From the NCBI GenBank assembly GCA_025558095.1, contig JAIVFI010000032.1, positions 310,001 to 374,000 on the forward strand: a DNA stretch of 64,000 bases, written 5' to 3'. The notes below the pieces were generated by a model, which was not told the DNA's origin, did not search any database, and saw nothing but the letters and a program-made list of their open reading frames with translations. The position numbers were made by a program, and so were the translations under genes. The DNA comes from Hyaloraphidium curvatum SAG 235-1 (Eukaryota > Fungi > Monoblepharomycota). Of the stretch, positions 10,949-22,324 are shown one piece after another. How positions within the stretch are numbered: position 1 is the first letter of the stretch; every line of letters begins with the position of its first letter.

Positions 10949-11527
10949 CTACATCTCAATGTGCTCAGCATTGATGTGGACCGCTTGGGCAGCGATTGCT
11001 GCCTGAACGAGGCCCGTCAATGCGACCCCGATCGCCACCACGAACCCGAATGAAGTCGAGCCCGCAACCTCCTTCACCAGGTTCCCGCAAGCAATCCCCA
11101 CCCCCAGGTACGCGGTCCACAGCAGGAAGGGCTGGAGGCTCCGCGCCCACCTCTTCCGCCTCTCCCGGTCCCTCTGGTCTTCCCGCTGCAGCTCCTCCAC
11201 GCGGTCCACCCTTTCTCTGTTCAACACCGCCTCCCGGCACATGGCACGGGCCAGGGCATCACCAGTGGGGTCGTCCTGGAGCTGGGGAGGAGCACGGAGC
11301 TGATATGACTGGCCTGCCCGCAGCACGGCATCGTCCGCCAGGGGCTGCCCCGCCATCCCCAACCCAGCATTGCCCGCGGCACCGGGTGCTGCGAGCAGGT
11401 GCACTTCGGCACGAAGCGCGCGAATGCCGTAGATGCATCCCTGGCGGACCCTGAGCTCCTGCACTGACATGCACCGGACTCGTGCCGTGTCTCCCGACCA
11501 GGAGTTTGACAAGGAAGACTCGTCCAT
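10949..11527 (-). CDS. Hypothetical protein with charged coiled coil and two C-terminal TM segments
   Basis: ORF from ATG 11527: RERVDRVEELQREDQRDRERRKR, then FLLWTAYLGVGIACG and FGFVVAIGVALTGLVQAAIAA. Confidence 0.5.
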   Translation of the reverse strand: MDESSLSNSWSGDTARVRCMSVQELRVRQGCIYGIRALRAEVHLLAAPGAAGNAGLGMAGQPLADDAVLRAGQSYQLRAPPQLQDDPTGDALARAMCREAVLNRERVDRVEELQREDQRDRERRKRWARSLQPFLLWTAYLGVGIACGNLVKEVAGSTSFGFVVAIGVALTGLVQAAIAAQAVHINAEHIEM

Positions 11528-11768
11528 GGCGGACAAGTCGGATTCTGTCTGGTATGTGGGGTTGCTTTTGAGGTGGTGGTGACGGTGTGCGGGGTGACGG
11601 TGCGCGGAATGGGGGCTGTGCCATCGCCGTTTGCAACGATGTCGGGGAGCCATCAATTAGCCGCATTATTCTAGTAGCGACACACTTGAAGCCAATTGCG
11701 GATCCTAAAGGCATCCTGCTCCGGCCCCAGAAAACCTCCGGCAAGAGCATGATGTCCATTTCATACAT

Positions 11769-13985
11769 TCACGCACCGGCCTTGATGACCTTGATCCCGT
11801 TCTCCTCCTTGATCAGATCCGCCGCCTGCCAACATCCCCGTTACTTCTCACGCACCGCAAACACTCCATCCACTCACCCGCTCCGCGACCGCATACGTGG
11901 GCGCATTCGTGTTGCCCGCCGGAATCTCCGGGAACACGCTGGCGTCCACGACCCTCAGCTTCTTCACTCCGCGCACCCGCAGCCTCAGGTCGACGACGGC
12001 GTTGGGATCACCGTCCGGTCCCATGCGGCAGGTACTAGTTGGGTGGAAATTAGTAATAAGCTGGTGAAGAACGGCTCAAAATGTCAAGTCCGAGGTGCCC
12101 GGTCACCGCGCCGGCAACCCACCCGTCTCCGCACGTACTCTTCCAAGTACGCCTCCGACTCTGCCGGATGCGCAATCTCCTCATCCAGCACCTCGCTTTC
12201 CACCAACCCCTTCAACCCGCCCGCCCCCGCAACCGCCCGCCCCATCCTCAGCCCGGCCTTCATCACTTCCAAGTCTCGAGGGTGCCTCAGATACCCCACG
12301 TCCAATTCCGGGTGCTCGAACGGGTCCGCGGAGCGCAGGGTGACGGAGCCCGCGGACCGCGGCTTCAGGAGGATGGGGATGAAGGTGATGGCGTTGCGGA
12401 TCTTGTTGTGCGGGTCCAGGGTGGGGAGGTCCGCGGATTTGGCAAAGAAAAGGGGTGAGCCGTAGAATTGGACGTCGGGGATGGTTTGTTCGGCGTCGAC
12501 GCCCGAGTCGCCAAAGGCCATGACTTGGATCTGCGCCCCGGGAAAGGTAAGGGAGTCGCGGGTGCTGTTGGTGGATCGACCCACGGGGATCACGGAGAGG
12601 AAGCCGGTGCCAAACAGCGTCACCTCGAGACCCTTGGCGATGAACTGCGCGTTGAGACCAAAGTTGAAAGTCCCAGGCTTGGTTGCAAAGCAGTGCTGCA
12701 GGTACGGATGGTCCTGCACAAGGCGCAGCCCAATCAGCCACCACTGCCGGACCCGTCACACAATCCCGACCTTCAAGTTCTTCCCGACCGCAGGCAGATC
12801 GCTGATGCACGGTATTCCGAACCTCTTCAGAGTCGCCGCGGGCCCGATCCCGGAAAGCATGAGCAGCCACGGGCTGTTTATCGCACCCGCGGATAGCACG
12901 ACCTCCTTGCGCGCGCGCACTGTCTGCTCCGGCGCGTTGCGGGCGTCTCCGGCGGTGGCGCCCTGGCGGAGCCGCACGCCCGTGGCGACGTTGTCCGAAA
13001 CGTCGATGCCGGTGACGTACGAATACTGTTTGGGTGCGAGGTTACCTCGACCTTGGCCGGCGTCCCCGCGATCCACACTGGACCCACGGTGGCGATGGTC
13101 AGGTTGCTCCTCTTGTCCGCGCCGGTCCCCTTTATGAACGCCGTGTACGAATCCTGCCTCACCCCCCTGAACACGTTCCACTGCGGCACCACCACGCCGC
13201 GCTCCGTATCGCCGTTGTAGTCCTTGTTGAACCCGCCGAACAGCCCCGAGTCGACCATGGCGCTGAGGAAGTGGGCGTTCCAGGGGTGGAACTTGGACGC
13301 GTTCTCCTCCGGGGTGACGTATGTGACCGTCAGCGGACCCGAGGTGCCGTGCCGGGGCATGGAGAGCGGGGTGCCGTCCAGGGAGCGCAGGGTCTCGGAG
13401 CGCATGAAGTACGGCAGGAGGGTCTTGTACTGGTTGCACCGCGGGTGAGGCCGGGTCCGACGCGCCGGCAAAGAACCCACGTCCCAGCCCACGCAGCCAA
13501 ACTTGGACGCCCACTCGTCGTAGTCTTCCGGCGCGCAGCGCGTGTACATCGATCCATTGATCGAGCTCGTGCCCCCGAGCGCCCGCCCCCGCGGCCAGTG
13601 GTGCACGCGGCCGCGGGTCCCGCCGTCGGGCACCGACCTGAACGCCCAGTCGAACTGCGAGAACCACAGGTTGCCGAGGTTCCTGACGTTCTGCACGTCC
13701 GAGTGGGTGTTGGAGCCGCCGGCCTCGATGAGCAGCACGCTGACGCCCGGGTCCTCAGAGAGCCGCGACGCGAGCACGCAGCCGGCGGACCCGGCGCCCA
13801 CGATCACGACTGCGCGACGGCGGCCCCGCGGTCAGGTCCGTCGGGTGTCTCCCGCGTCTAGACCCACAATCATACTCCTTCCCGTCGACGGCCACCGGCG
13901 CCGGCTGGGACGTCCAGAGCCACCCGGCCGCAGCTGTCGTCGTCGCGCCGGCCGCGTACAGCTTCGTAGAGAGCCGCCGGAACAT
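11769..13985 (-). CDS. GMC (glucose-methanol-choline) oxidoreductase, multi-exon, probable mitochondrial presequence
   Basis: [23 protein letters not shown] after splicing, [68 protein letters not shown]-terminus [10 protein letters not shown] is Arg/Ser-rich and lacks acidic residues. Confidence 0.93.
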
Positions 13986-14249
13986 GGCGAAGGGGTGGAG
14001 CAGAGTGGCGGCGGCGGCAACTCGCCACTCTCAGAGAAACACAGCCTCGCGCCAGCGTCACCGCCAATCCACCTTCCGCGACGCTAGCGACATCAGGGCC
14101 TCCGTTTCGACGTATCATTTAGCTCAGAAGGATAACCATCGTCGTCGCCAGCATCGTCCGGGATGCTCTGTGTTTGGCCGCCGTGATCGACGCCCGATCG
14201 CGCGTCCCTGCATGTCTCCAACCCACCTGTGCGCGTTCCTCAGAGAGAT

Positions 14250-15786
14250 ATGGACGCGAGGGAGCCCGGCGCCGAGGACCGAAAGCCCCTGTTCACGGCG
14301 ACGGAATGGCGCGCCATATTCCCCGCCGAGCCGCGGCAGCCTTGGCGCCTCTCCGGCGCGCCCGCGATCCCCGCCTCCGCCGACGCTGACGGCTCCCCGC
14401 TCTCGCTCGCCGCGATGCTGCGCGCGCTGGCGCCGTACCCGGCCCTCTGCACATCCCTCCGCGTGCAGCGTGCATTCGGCACGTTTTCGCGCGCGTTTCA
14501 TCCCCTCGCGGCAACCGGTCTCGTGCTTGCGCTCGTCGTCGCGTCGCTCCCGTGGGTGTTCAACGACGGGCGCTACGGCGCCGCGCAATTCGGCACGTAC
14601 GCGGCGACGATGGTCGCGGCGTTCTGCGGCAACTTCGCGATAAGTGCCGTCACCTCCCGCCGGCAGGGCCCCGCCGCCGAGAACCCGCTGGACACGCACG
14701 GGTTGGCGCCCGTCGCCAGGTGGCGGATGCTTGTCGATGCCGGCGAGACTGGGCCTGGATCCGCGAATCCCGCGCGCAGTGCATTGGTGGCCCACGATCC
14801 AGACGACCGGGCGTGCCCGTGCGACGGCGGCGGGTGCTGCGGCGCCATCCCAGCCAGGGTCTTGTGGAGCTGGCTGCTCAAGAACCTGGCCACGGCGACT
14901 TTCGCTTTTGTCTGCACCGGCATCTTTATGCTGTGGTCGTCCATCGTCACGTTCGGAGCCCGCACATGGACCACTCCGTGGTCCACTGCCGTGGCTGGCG
15001 CCACGCGTAAGTGGGAACCGCTCAGGCGTGTTCCTGCTAATGCTTTGCCTGCGAGTGATTCTCTTTGCGGTGGGGCAGTACGTGGCCTTCAACTTCAGCA
15101 TGTTCCCCGAAACCATCCCGGGCTTCGAGCTCGTCTCCCGCATCACGGACAGGGCCATCAAGTTGCAGCTCACGGACCTTCTACAGCGGTACCGCGCCGA
15201 GCTTGCTGCCGCGGACGACGCGGACCTCCCGGAGAACCTCTCGCGGCACGAACCGTACACCCGACTCCACCCCTGGGTCGTAGCCGCCGCCTCGGAGCGC
15301 GTGGCCGGCCTGTTCCACTCGCAGGTCTGGCACTCAGTCAGCATCGCGAGCTACGTCGTCTACAATTCCGTCTACATCGCCACCGGCTCCTGCATCACCC
15401 TCGGCTTCCTCCTCGCCTTCCTGTACTCGCTCCTCTCCCTGGTGCACGACCTCGTCGTGGTCGCGGCCGGCAACGCGCACCTCGACTCGGCCGCGGCGCT
15501 GTACCTCGCCGCTCGCACCGAGGCCCTGGAGCTCTCGGCGTCGGCGGCGGCGCGCCCCGGCCCGCGTGCGGGAGTGCTTGCGGCGGCGCTGGCGCGGCAC
15601 GCCGATGTGCTCGGGGCGTATGCGCGCATCGCGGACGTGGGGACGCGGTTCCTCGGGTTCAGGGTGTCGTACGGGGCCGTGAGGACGCTGTGCGTGACGG
15701 GGTTGACGGTCGCGTTCGGCGTCTGGAGCGTGCTCAGGGGGGCGGGTGTGTTTGTGACGGTCGAGTCGGTTTGCCCAAGCGGGTAG
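14250..15786 (+). CDS. 7-TM membrane protein, candidate 7TMIC (Gr-like/DUF3537-like) family, paralog 1
   Basis: Two exons (intron 15007-15055, GTAAGT..GCTAAT..AG). Collinear similarity to 25043-26566, including HD..CPC...C.G, TWTTPWS, LTDLL.RY, EPYT and RFLGF.V.YGAVRT. The CDS is well supported; the family call is inference. Confidence 0.8.
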
Positions 15787-15850
15787 CTCCTCGACGGAGG
15801 CCGGATTGGTACAGAAAGCTGGGAGGCGTTACAGTTCGTCGGAGAGACCG

Positions 15851-16282
15851 TCATGCCGGAACGATCTGCTTCGTGACCCTCACGAGCGCCGCTGCCTCTC
15901 CGCCCTGCCGAGCCTCCACCTCCACGAACGCCAGCGCCCTCCCGGCCCTCCTCACCGTGGCCACCAGCTCCACGTCCTGCCCCGCCCTCATCGGCCTCAA
16001 AAACTGCGCGTGCAGGTCCGCGGTCACCGCGAACGCGTCCCGCGGTATCGTCGGCAAAAGCGCGATCATGGCCGCCGGTTCCGCGAGGAGGGAGACAAGG
16101 CCGCCGTGCACAGTGGTGCCGCTCGGGCCCAGCGCCGGGGGTGTAGCGGGGAACCTGAGGGTCGCGCGACCGGGGGAGACGTGCACGGCTTCGAGGGCGA
16201 AGAGGCGGTGCGCGGGGAGACCGAGCACGTTGGCGATGGTTGATTCGAGTTCGGCGCCGGTGCGCGGTTCGGGGGGCGGCAT
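15851..16282 (-). CDS. PaaI-type hotdog-fold thioesterase
   Basis: GTTVHGGLVSLLAE motif, VTADLHAQFLRP, VRRAGRALAFVEVE; about 143 aa. Confidence 0.88.
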   Translation of the reverse strand: MPPPEPRTGAELESTIANVLGLPAHRLFALEAVHVSPGRATLRFPATPPALGPSGTTVHGGLVSLLAEPAAMIALLPTIPRDAFAVTADLHAQFLRPMRAGQDVELVATVRRAGRALAFVEVEARQGGEAAALVRVTKQIVPA

Positions 16283-16467
16283 CGCGGTCCGGCGCGTTCC
16301 GAGCCGGTCTCGGATAGGTAGAAGCCGCTTTAGGCGTGCTTTCCTCTCGGACAAGGAGCGCGCAGCTTCCGCTTGCGGCTGTTCGAAAGAATGGAGCAAA
16401 GCGCGTCGCGGCGGCAAACGCGCGGCGACACCGTCCACGCGAACCCGCAATCCCCGCCAACACCGCG

Positions 16468-19062
16468 ATGCTCGGCGCGGCGCCCGCCGGCCCCTCGTCG
16501 GGCTCCTCGTCCGGCGCGTCGTCGCCGCCGCCGGCGCGCGATCCCCCCGCGGGGCTCATCTCGTCGGCCGCGACGCTCACCGAGGTCGGCGCCGAATTCC
16601 CGCCGGCCCCCGCCGCCCCTCACCGCGCCCCCCGCAGGGCGTCTCCGTGCGGCTGCCGCCCGGCTTGGCCGCCGCCGCGGGCTCAAAGCGCAAGCGGGGG
16701 CGGGCGTCGTCGCCGCCGCGGCACGCCGGGACGGCCGTCCCCGTCGACTCGCCGGGGTTCCCGCCGCGGGCGGAGCGCAGGTTCAAAGAGCCCGCGGCGC
16801 TGGCGAGGATGAGGGAGGAGAGGTACCGCGCGGCATGGGGCCGCGCTGAGGCCAGGATCAAGGTGAACGAGCCCAACTTCCTTGCCGGCCCACACCTGCT
16901 CACCCCGTGCCACCCGCGTCGCCCCTCTCACACGCGGGAACAGTCCGCACAACACAGCGTGCACGCCGCCGCGCTGGCCCGCATCGCCGCATTCGCGCTC
17001 GACCCGCCCGCCCCCACGCCGACGCCCACGCTGCCCACGCTGCTCGTCGCCACGCGCTCGCCCGCCCCGTCGACCTACGTCCCGCCCGTGCTCGACGAGC
17101 TCAAGGGCCGCGCGCTGTGCGCCGTGCTGTACCCCAAGGACTGCAAGGACACCAAGGCCGCCTTCTCGGCGCTGTCGCGCGGCCTGCGCGAGGCGGCTGC
17201 TGGGTTCCTCGGCGCAGTGCAGGACGGGGGGGAGGACAGCGACGGCGAGGACGACCTGGGCTACTCCCTCGCCGCCGCTCGGCCGGCCCGCGGCAAAGCC
17301 CGCATCCCCGAATGGGACCCCGCGTGGGCCCTGGCCTGGTGGAAGCTCGTCTCTTCCTCCTTCGCGCGCAAGGACCAAATCCCCCCGCCAGTGCTGGTCA
17401 TCCTCCCCTCCCTTCCCAACTTCCCGCAACTCCCCGCGCTGCTCCACGCCCTGCACTCCCTCTCTTCCACCCTCCCCCTCCGGCTGCTCGCGTTCCCGCA
17501 CGGCGCCGACCCCGCGGAGCTCCTCCCGCACCGCTCCCTGGCGCTGCTGGACGTACAGCGCGCGCGTATGCAGGGGGGGACCGAGGCGGTGTGGGGGGGA
17601 TGGCTGGGGGTGCCGCTGGTGGGGCCCAACGGGACCGACGTGCCGATGGACGTGGGATCGTTGGAGGTGGGGGTGGGGAGGAGGGTCATGGCGTTTCTGC
17701 AGCACAGGGCGGCGGATTGGGAGGGCGGGGACGGGCTGCCCATGGGCCTCAAGGTACCTCGCTCGGGACGGATTGGTGCCGCCGATCGGTAGGCTGATTG
17801 CCCCGGTTCGCAGTTCGCGACGATGCAGCACTACTACGAGAACCCGCTCTCGGTGCTCTGCCTACCGCCCGGGTGCGACGCCGACGCCGAGATCGACGCG
17901 ATCGTGTCCGAGATCGAGCGCGCCGGCGCGGTGGACGAGTACGCCGGCCTGCTGGCCGAGCTCGGCAGCGGCTCCCTGTCGCGCTTCCTCGCCGCGGCCG
18001 AGTCCCGCCCCCCCTCGAAGGACTCGGACCTCGCCTGCCTCCTCCGCCTCGCCGCCTCGCTCCCCACGTACCCCCCGCCCCGCGGCCGCAAGACCGACCT
18101 CCGTCCCCTCTTCTCCCCCCTCGTGCTGCACCTCTCGTCCCTCCTCGCGCGCCTGCGCCGCTCCTGGCGCGCCCTCGCGCTGCTCGCGTCGCGGTGCGGC
18201 ATGCGACTGACCGCCGAGGGCTGGCTGATGCTCCTGGAAGGCACGCTGGCGGGGTCGACGTGGTGGAACCGCGCGTGGGGGGAGGTGGGCAAGTGGGACC
18301 GCAAGAACTGGGACGGGATGCTTGCGGATCTGGAGGGGGTGGAGGGGTTCGCCTCCAAGGCCGGGGAGCTCCGCGGGGAGCTGGCCTCGTTCGACGAAGA
18401 AGAGGACCTGCGCCCCCGCGCGGCGGGGTGGGTCGGCACCGCCTCCTCGCGCACCACCTCGCGCTCCCTCCGCGCCCGCGAGGACGAGGAAGCGCGGAAG
18501 GCGGCGCAGGGCGGGATCGAGGGGTGGCGCTGGGGCGCGGGGAGGTGGCTCGAAGGGGAGCTGAGGGAGGGCTTGGCGAGCCCGATGGGGTGGCCTTTCG
18601 GGGAGGTGGTGCTGGTGGATTCGGTGGGCGTCGTGGAGAAGGTTGGTTGCCTTTGCCGCGGAGTGCGTGCATTATCGCGGCTGACGGTGCGTACAGCACT
18701 TTGCGCCCCCGATCAGGGCGTGCCTCCACACGGCCCTCGGCAAGCCCTCGCCGACCTACCTCGCGTGCGCGTGCTGCCCCGACGACCAGCTGCGCGCGAC
18801 CATGGGCGACCCGCAGATCGCCTACCGCCTGCACCTCGAGCACGGGCGCATGGTCAACCTGGCCGACTGGGCGGTGCAGTTCCGCGACGTCGTCAACGGG
18901 TCCGTCGAGCGGAAAGAGGAGGAGGATGGGGGCGAGGAGGCCGAGTGGAGGGCCAAGGAGGTGCACGCGCGGTTCGTGCGGAGCGCGAGCGAGCTGCAGT
19001 TCGTGGGGCTGGTAAAGAGGACCAACAGGCGCAAGGACCACGTGGTCAAGGCGCAGATGTAG
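16468..19062 (+). CDS. ORC3: Origin recognition complex subunit 3
   Basis: After splicing (introns 16585-16637, 16863-16943, 17754-17813, about 18642-18697): R..RY..AW, MQHYYENPLSVL, YLACACC, and a C-terminal winged helix IAYRLHLEHGRMVNLADW...ARFVRSASELQFVGLVKRTNRRKDHV typical of ORC3. Confidence 0.9.
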
Positions 19063-19331
19063 AAGAGGGGGATAGATGCTTGATTCTGGATGCGAGTAAT
19101 GCAAGTTGGCGACCGCAAGGCGAGGATTAACCGACGACACCTGTCCCCGTCGAGTCGGGCGGGATCCTTAGCATCTATCTTTAGATGTCGTACGCAAGTG
19201 ACAAAGCTCTGCCCGGTCAGCGAGTTAGGGGTATGTGGCATGATGGTGCGGTCCTATTCGAAAGTGCAAGCCCAGGAGGAACCAATTGGCGGCGAGTTCG
19301 GAGAAGAAGATATTGGTTCTATAGATTTCCA

Positions 19332-21299
19332 TCACGAAGCCGTTAGAAACAGTATCGCGACGGTAATGACCGGCAGCGCAAATGGAGGGACCGATCCCGC
19401 ACTCCGAGCACCAGAAAGACTTCCCTCGCCCTGGGTATCCGCCGTCGTCCTCGTCGGGCTGGCCACGGTAGCGCCGCTCGAAGTCGGACACTGGGGAACC
19501 GCAGACTGCTCCCCACTGAGCACCCCGAAAGCCCTCGCGCACCAGCCGTCCGCTCGTTCCGGGCAGACCATCCCGCCGCCTTCCGCCGATGGCTTGGGTT
19601 CCCCTGGCGCGAGCATGGCGCACGCCTGATCCGAGTACCACGAGCACCGCTGGGTATCGGGGCCGCGACACTGCGCCACAGGGCCGGCTGCGCGAACCGC
19701 GACGAAGTTGCCCTTATCCGCGCAGGAGCGGATGCAGATCCAGCTCGACGTCGTCGGTGTCGGCGTGACGGGCGCTTGCGTAGTGGAGGTGCCTTGCCCC
19801 TGCACGATCGTCGCTGCGGCTGCCTGCGACCTAGCTTTGGTCGACATCTCGGTGGTGGTTGACTGGTCGTTGGCATAGTCCCAGTCTGGATGCTCGGAAA
19901 AGCTCCGCAGCAACCTCGCGCACCAGGCCTCCGTACATGGGCAGACGCAGGCGGTACCACCGGCCAGCTCCGTTGGGCTGCACACCGCACCGCCCGAGCC
20001 GTCCTCTCGAGCGGGGGCCGCCCGCCCGCATCCGCGCGCATCCGCCCTCCGGCAAACGAACGGCCATGCCACCTGAATGGTACAGTTCCCGTCCTTATAC
20101 GACCAGCAATTTCCAGCATCAGGCCCGCGGCATTGCAGCGTGTTGCGGCCGTCGGCATCCACGAGCCGCCCCTTAACGTACCCGTCACAGATCACATTGT
20201 GCAGGCAGTGCCAGTCCGAGCGCGGTGACACGGTGCGCACCGGGCCGGGGGTCGTGGTGGTAGCCGTGCGCGTTGGCGTCATTGGGCTCGCGATCCCGGG
20301 GCATTCGTAGTTCGGCGCGATCCCGCGGAGGACGGCGTCCGCGGCGAGCTTGCACCACCCTAATTCCGTCTGCTTGCAGGTGAAACCCGCGGCGCGGTCG
20401 CCGTAGGTGTTTGGCTCAGGCTCGCCAGGGGCGAGGGTGGACAGACTCATCTCCGTGTACCAGGAGCACCGCGAGCCCTCCCAATCCGGCCCGTGGCACA
20501 TCACCCCGAATCCGGCGCGCCTGACCCGGAGGTAGTTGCCCTTGTCCTCACACGAGCGGATCGCGATCCAGGGCCCGAAGAATGTATCGTTGCTCGATGT
20601 CTCCGTCACATCCGGGCACGCGTCCGGTTTCTTGGGGTAGAGCAGGTCAGAAACAACTGAACTACTTGCCTCCCCACAGAAGCTGTAATCTTCTTTCCAC
20701 TCGTAGCCGTAGTGTGCTTCATTGACGTTGACACTCTTGCCGTTGCAAAGGGCACCGCCGCCAGCGACCGGATCCCCGTTCTGAGCCTGGGTGCAGAAGG
20801 GATCCGAGAACAAGCTACATTCCCCATCAGACGGGCCGGTGCACCGCACGTGAAGCGGGTATTCTCCGCCGCTGCTGTATTTCGAGGCATCACTCCTGAA
20901 CCCTGCCCGGATCCACAGGCAACCCAGCGATGGAGCCCGGACACACGAGCCGTCGCCGTTGTACTTGCCGCACGCAAAACCCCACTGCGAGCGGGCGGCC
21001 AGGCGGCGCCGGCCGTAGTTGGCGAACGGGCCGCCGTCGCACCACCCGACGCACTGCGAGGCCAAACCGGGGCTCTCTGTCCGGCAGACCAGGAATCCCG
21101 TGGCGGGGTCCACGACCTCCTTTGTCAGAACATAGCCGGAGCTGGTGGCGCCTGCCTGCGCCGGGAGGTCGAGCATCGCGGCGAGCAGGGTGCCCGCGGT
21201 GACCACGGCGCCCGCTGCGCGGCACAGGGCGGTGGCCCGGGACCGGTGCCGCTGGGATCGCTTCGGAGAGGTGTCCTTCGGGTTTCTCTTGCAGTCCAT
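19332..21299 (-). CDS. Secreted, probably GPI-anchored Cys-rich repeat protein
   Basis: Hydrophobic leader ending PAQAG; four copies of a module with C.GP[DS]...C..[YF]; Thr-rich linkers; hydrophobic C-terminus PFALPVITVAILFLTAS. Confidence 0.82.
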   Translation of the reverse strand: MDCKRNPKDTSPKRSQRHRSRATALCRAAGAVVTAGTLLAAMLDLPAQAGATSSGYVLTKEVVDPATGFLVCRTESPGLASQCVGWCDGGPFANYGRRRLAARSQWGFACGKYNGDGSCVRAPSLGCLWIRAGFRSDASKYSSGGEYPLHVRCTGPSDGECSLFSDPFCTQAQNGDPVAGGGALCNGKSVNVNEAHYGYEWKEDYSFCGEASSSVVSDLLYPKKPDACPDVTETSSNDTFFGPWIAIRSCEDKGNYLRVRRAGFGVMCHGPDWEGSRCSWYTEMSLSTLAPGEPEPNTYGDRAAGFTCKQTELGWCKLAADAVLRGIAPNYECPGIASPMTPTRTATTTTPGPVRTVSPRSDWHCLHNVICDGYVKGRLVDADGRNTLQCRGPDAGNCWSYKDGNCTIQVAWPFVCRRADARGCGRAAPAREDGSGGAVCSPTELAGGTACVCPCTEAWCARLLRSFSEHPDWDYANDQSTTTEMSTKARSQAAAATIVQGQGTSTTQAPVTPTPTTSSWICIRSCADKGNFVAVRAAGPVAQCRGPDTQRCSWYSDQACAMLAPGEPKPSAEGGGMVCPERADGWCARAFGVLSGEQSAVPQCPTSSGATVASPTRTTADTQGEGSLSGARSAGSVPPFALPVITVAILFLTAS

Positions 21300-21724
21300 T
21301 GTTCGTTCGTGAAAATGTGTTTGCGGAATGTCTTTGGTCCGTAGTCATCCGTGTGGAGTCAGATCTCTTAGGGTGCGCTGTTCCAGCGTACGCGGACGAG
21401 CGGCGACTGCACGATCTCTATCACAGGCGCTGAGCGCCCCCCAACCCCGATACATCACGCCATACACATTGAATTCGGGGAAGAGGGGAGGGGTTAGATG
21501 GTGTGGAGTCATCCTTCCGTCGGTGGCGGAGCCTCCTTGCCATCCCAAGCATCCCAATAGCATGTGAAAGGGACAGCGGCCCCTTTCACGCTCCGGCCTG
21601 CTGCCCAGGAGCCCCGGAGAGGAGGATGAAGGCACGATCGCGCGCAGGGGCGCGATCGGAGGGGAGGAGGAGGATAGTTAGATTGTCACATGTATTGTCG
21701 CCAGTCATCGCCGCGCCCAGCAAG

Positions 21725-22324
21725 ATGCGACTGCCTTCGCTTCTCGTTCTGCTCCTCGCCGCGGCCCTCGTCGCGCTCGCCGCGCGCCCGGGTGCGGCCG
21801 CCCCTATCCCGACATCCTGCACCGCCAGCTACTATCGGAACTGCACGACCGGGTGCTGTTTCCAGGGAGCGTGCGCGCCGCACTCGGTCTGCTTCGGAAA
21901 CATAGCGCAACTACAATGCACTGCCAGCTCGTACACCCAGTGCGACTCGGGTTGCTGCTTCAACGGCCGGTGCTCGAAGAAGCGCAGCTGCTTCCCCGAC
22001 CCCGTCGACACTCCACTAGGCTCGTGCAACGCTTCGTTCGATCTTGGCCAGTGTCGCACCGCTTGCTGCGTCGACGGGCGCTGCCGCTCGCTCGGCCGCT
22101 GCCTCGGCCCCGGGCGCGCACCCAAGGCGTCACCATCCAAGCTCCGCTCCCGGCAGGAGACATCCTGCCCTCCGGATTATGCGTTGCTCTGCGGAGAGTG
22201 CGCGGCGCTGGCGGGCAACCCCGCGCTCTGCGGCAGCCTGGACGCGCTGACGGCCGCGATGCGCAACGAGCTCGCCGACGAAGGGGACATGCCGCAAGGG
22301 AAGACCGCCGTCTTGCCCGAGTAG
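21725..22324 (+). CDS. Small secreted protein with three C-C-CC-C-C (knottin-like) repeats
   Basis: Signal peptide MRLPSLLVLLLAAALVALAARPGAAA followed by three repeats of C-x7/8-C-x3-CC-x4-C-x5-C. Confidence 0.85.
   Translation: MRLPSLLVLLLAAALVALAARPGAAAPIPTSCTASYYRNCTTGCCFQGACAPHSVCFGNIAQLQCTASSYTQCDSGCCFNGRCSKKRSCFPDPVDTPLGSCNASFDLGQCRTACCVDGRCRSLGRCLGPGRAPKASPSKLRSRQETSCPPDYALLCGECAALAGNPALCGSLDALTAAMRNELADEGDMPQGKTAVLPE

Noticed and set aside
14229-17792. 1187-aa ORF as one giant protein
   Set aside because: Chance read-through at high GC: it joins exon 1 of the 7-TM gene, off-frame and antisense sequence, and ORC3 exons.
21818-22102. Cys repeats as hevein/CBM18 chitin-binding domains
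   Set aside because: They lack the CCSxxGxCG core and its Ser/aromatic binding residues; spacing is CC-x4-C.
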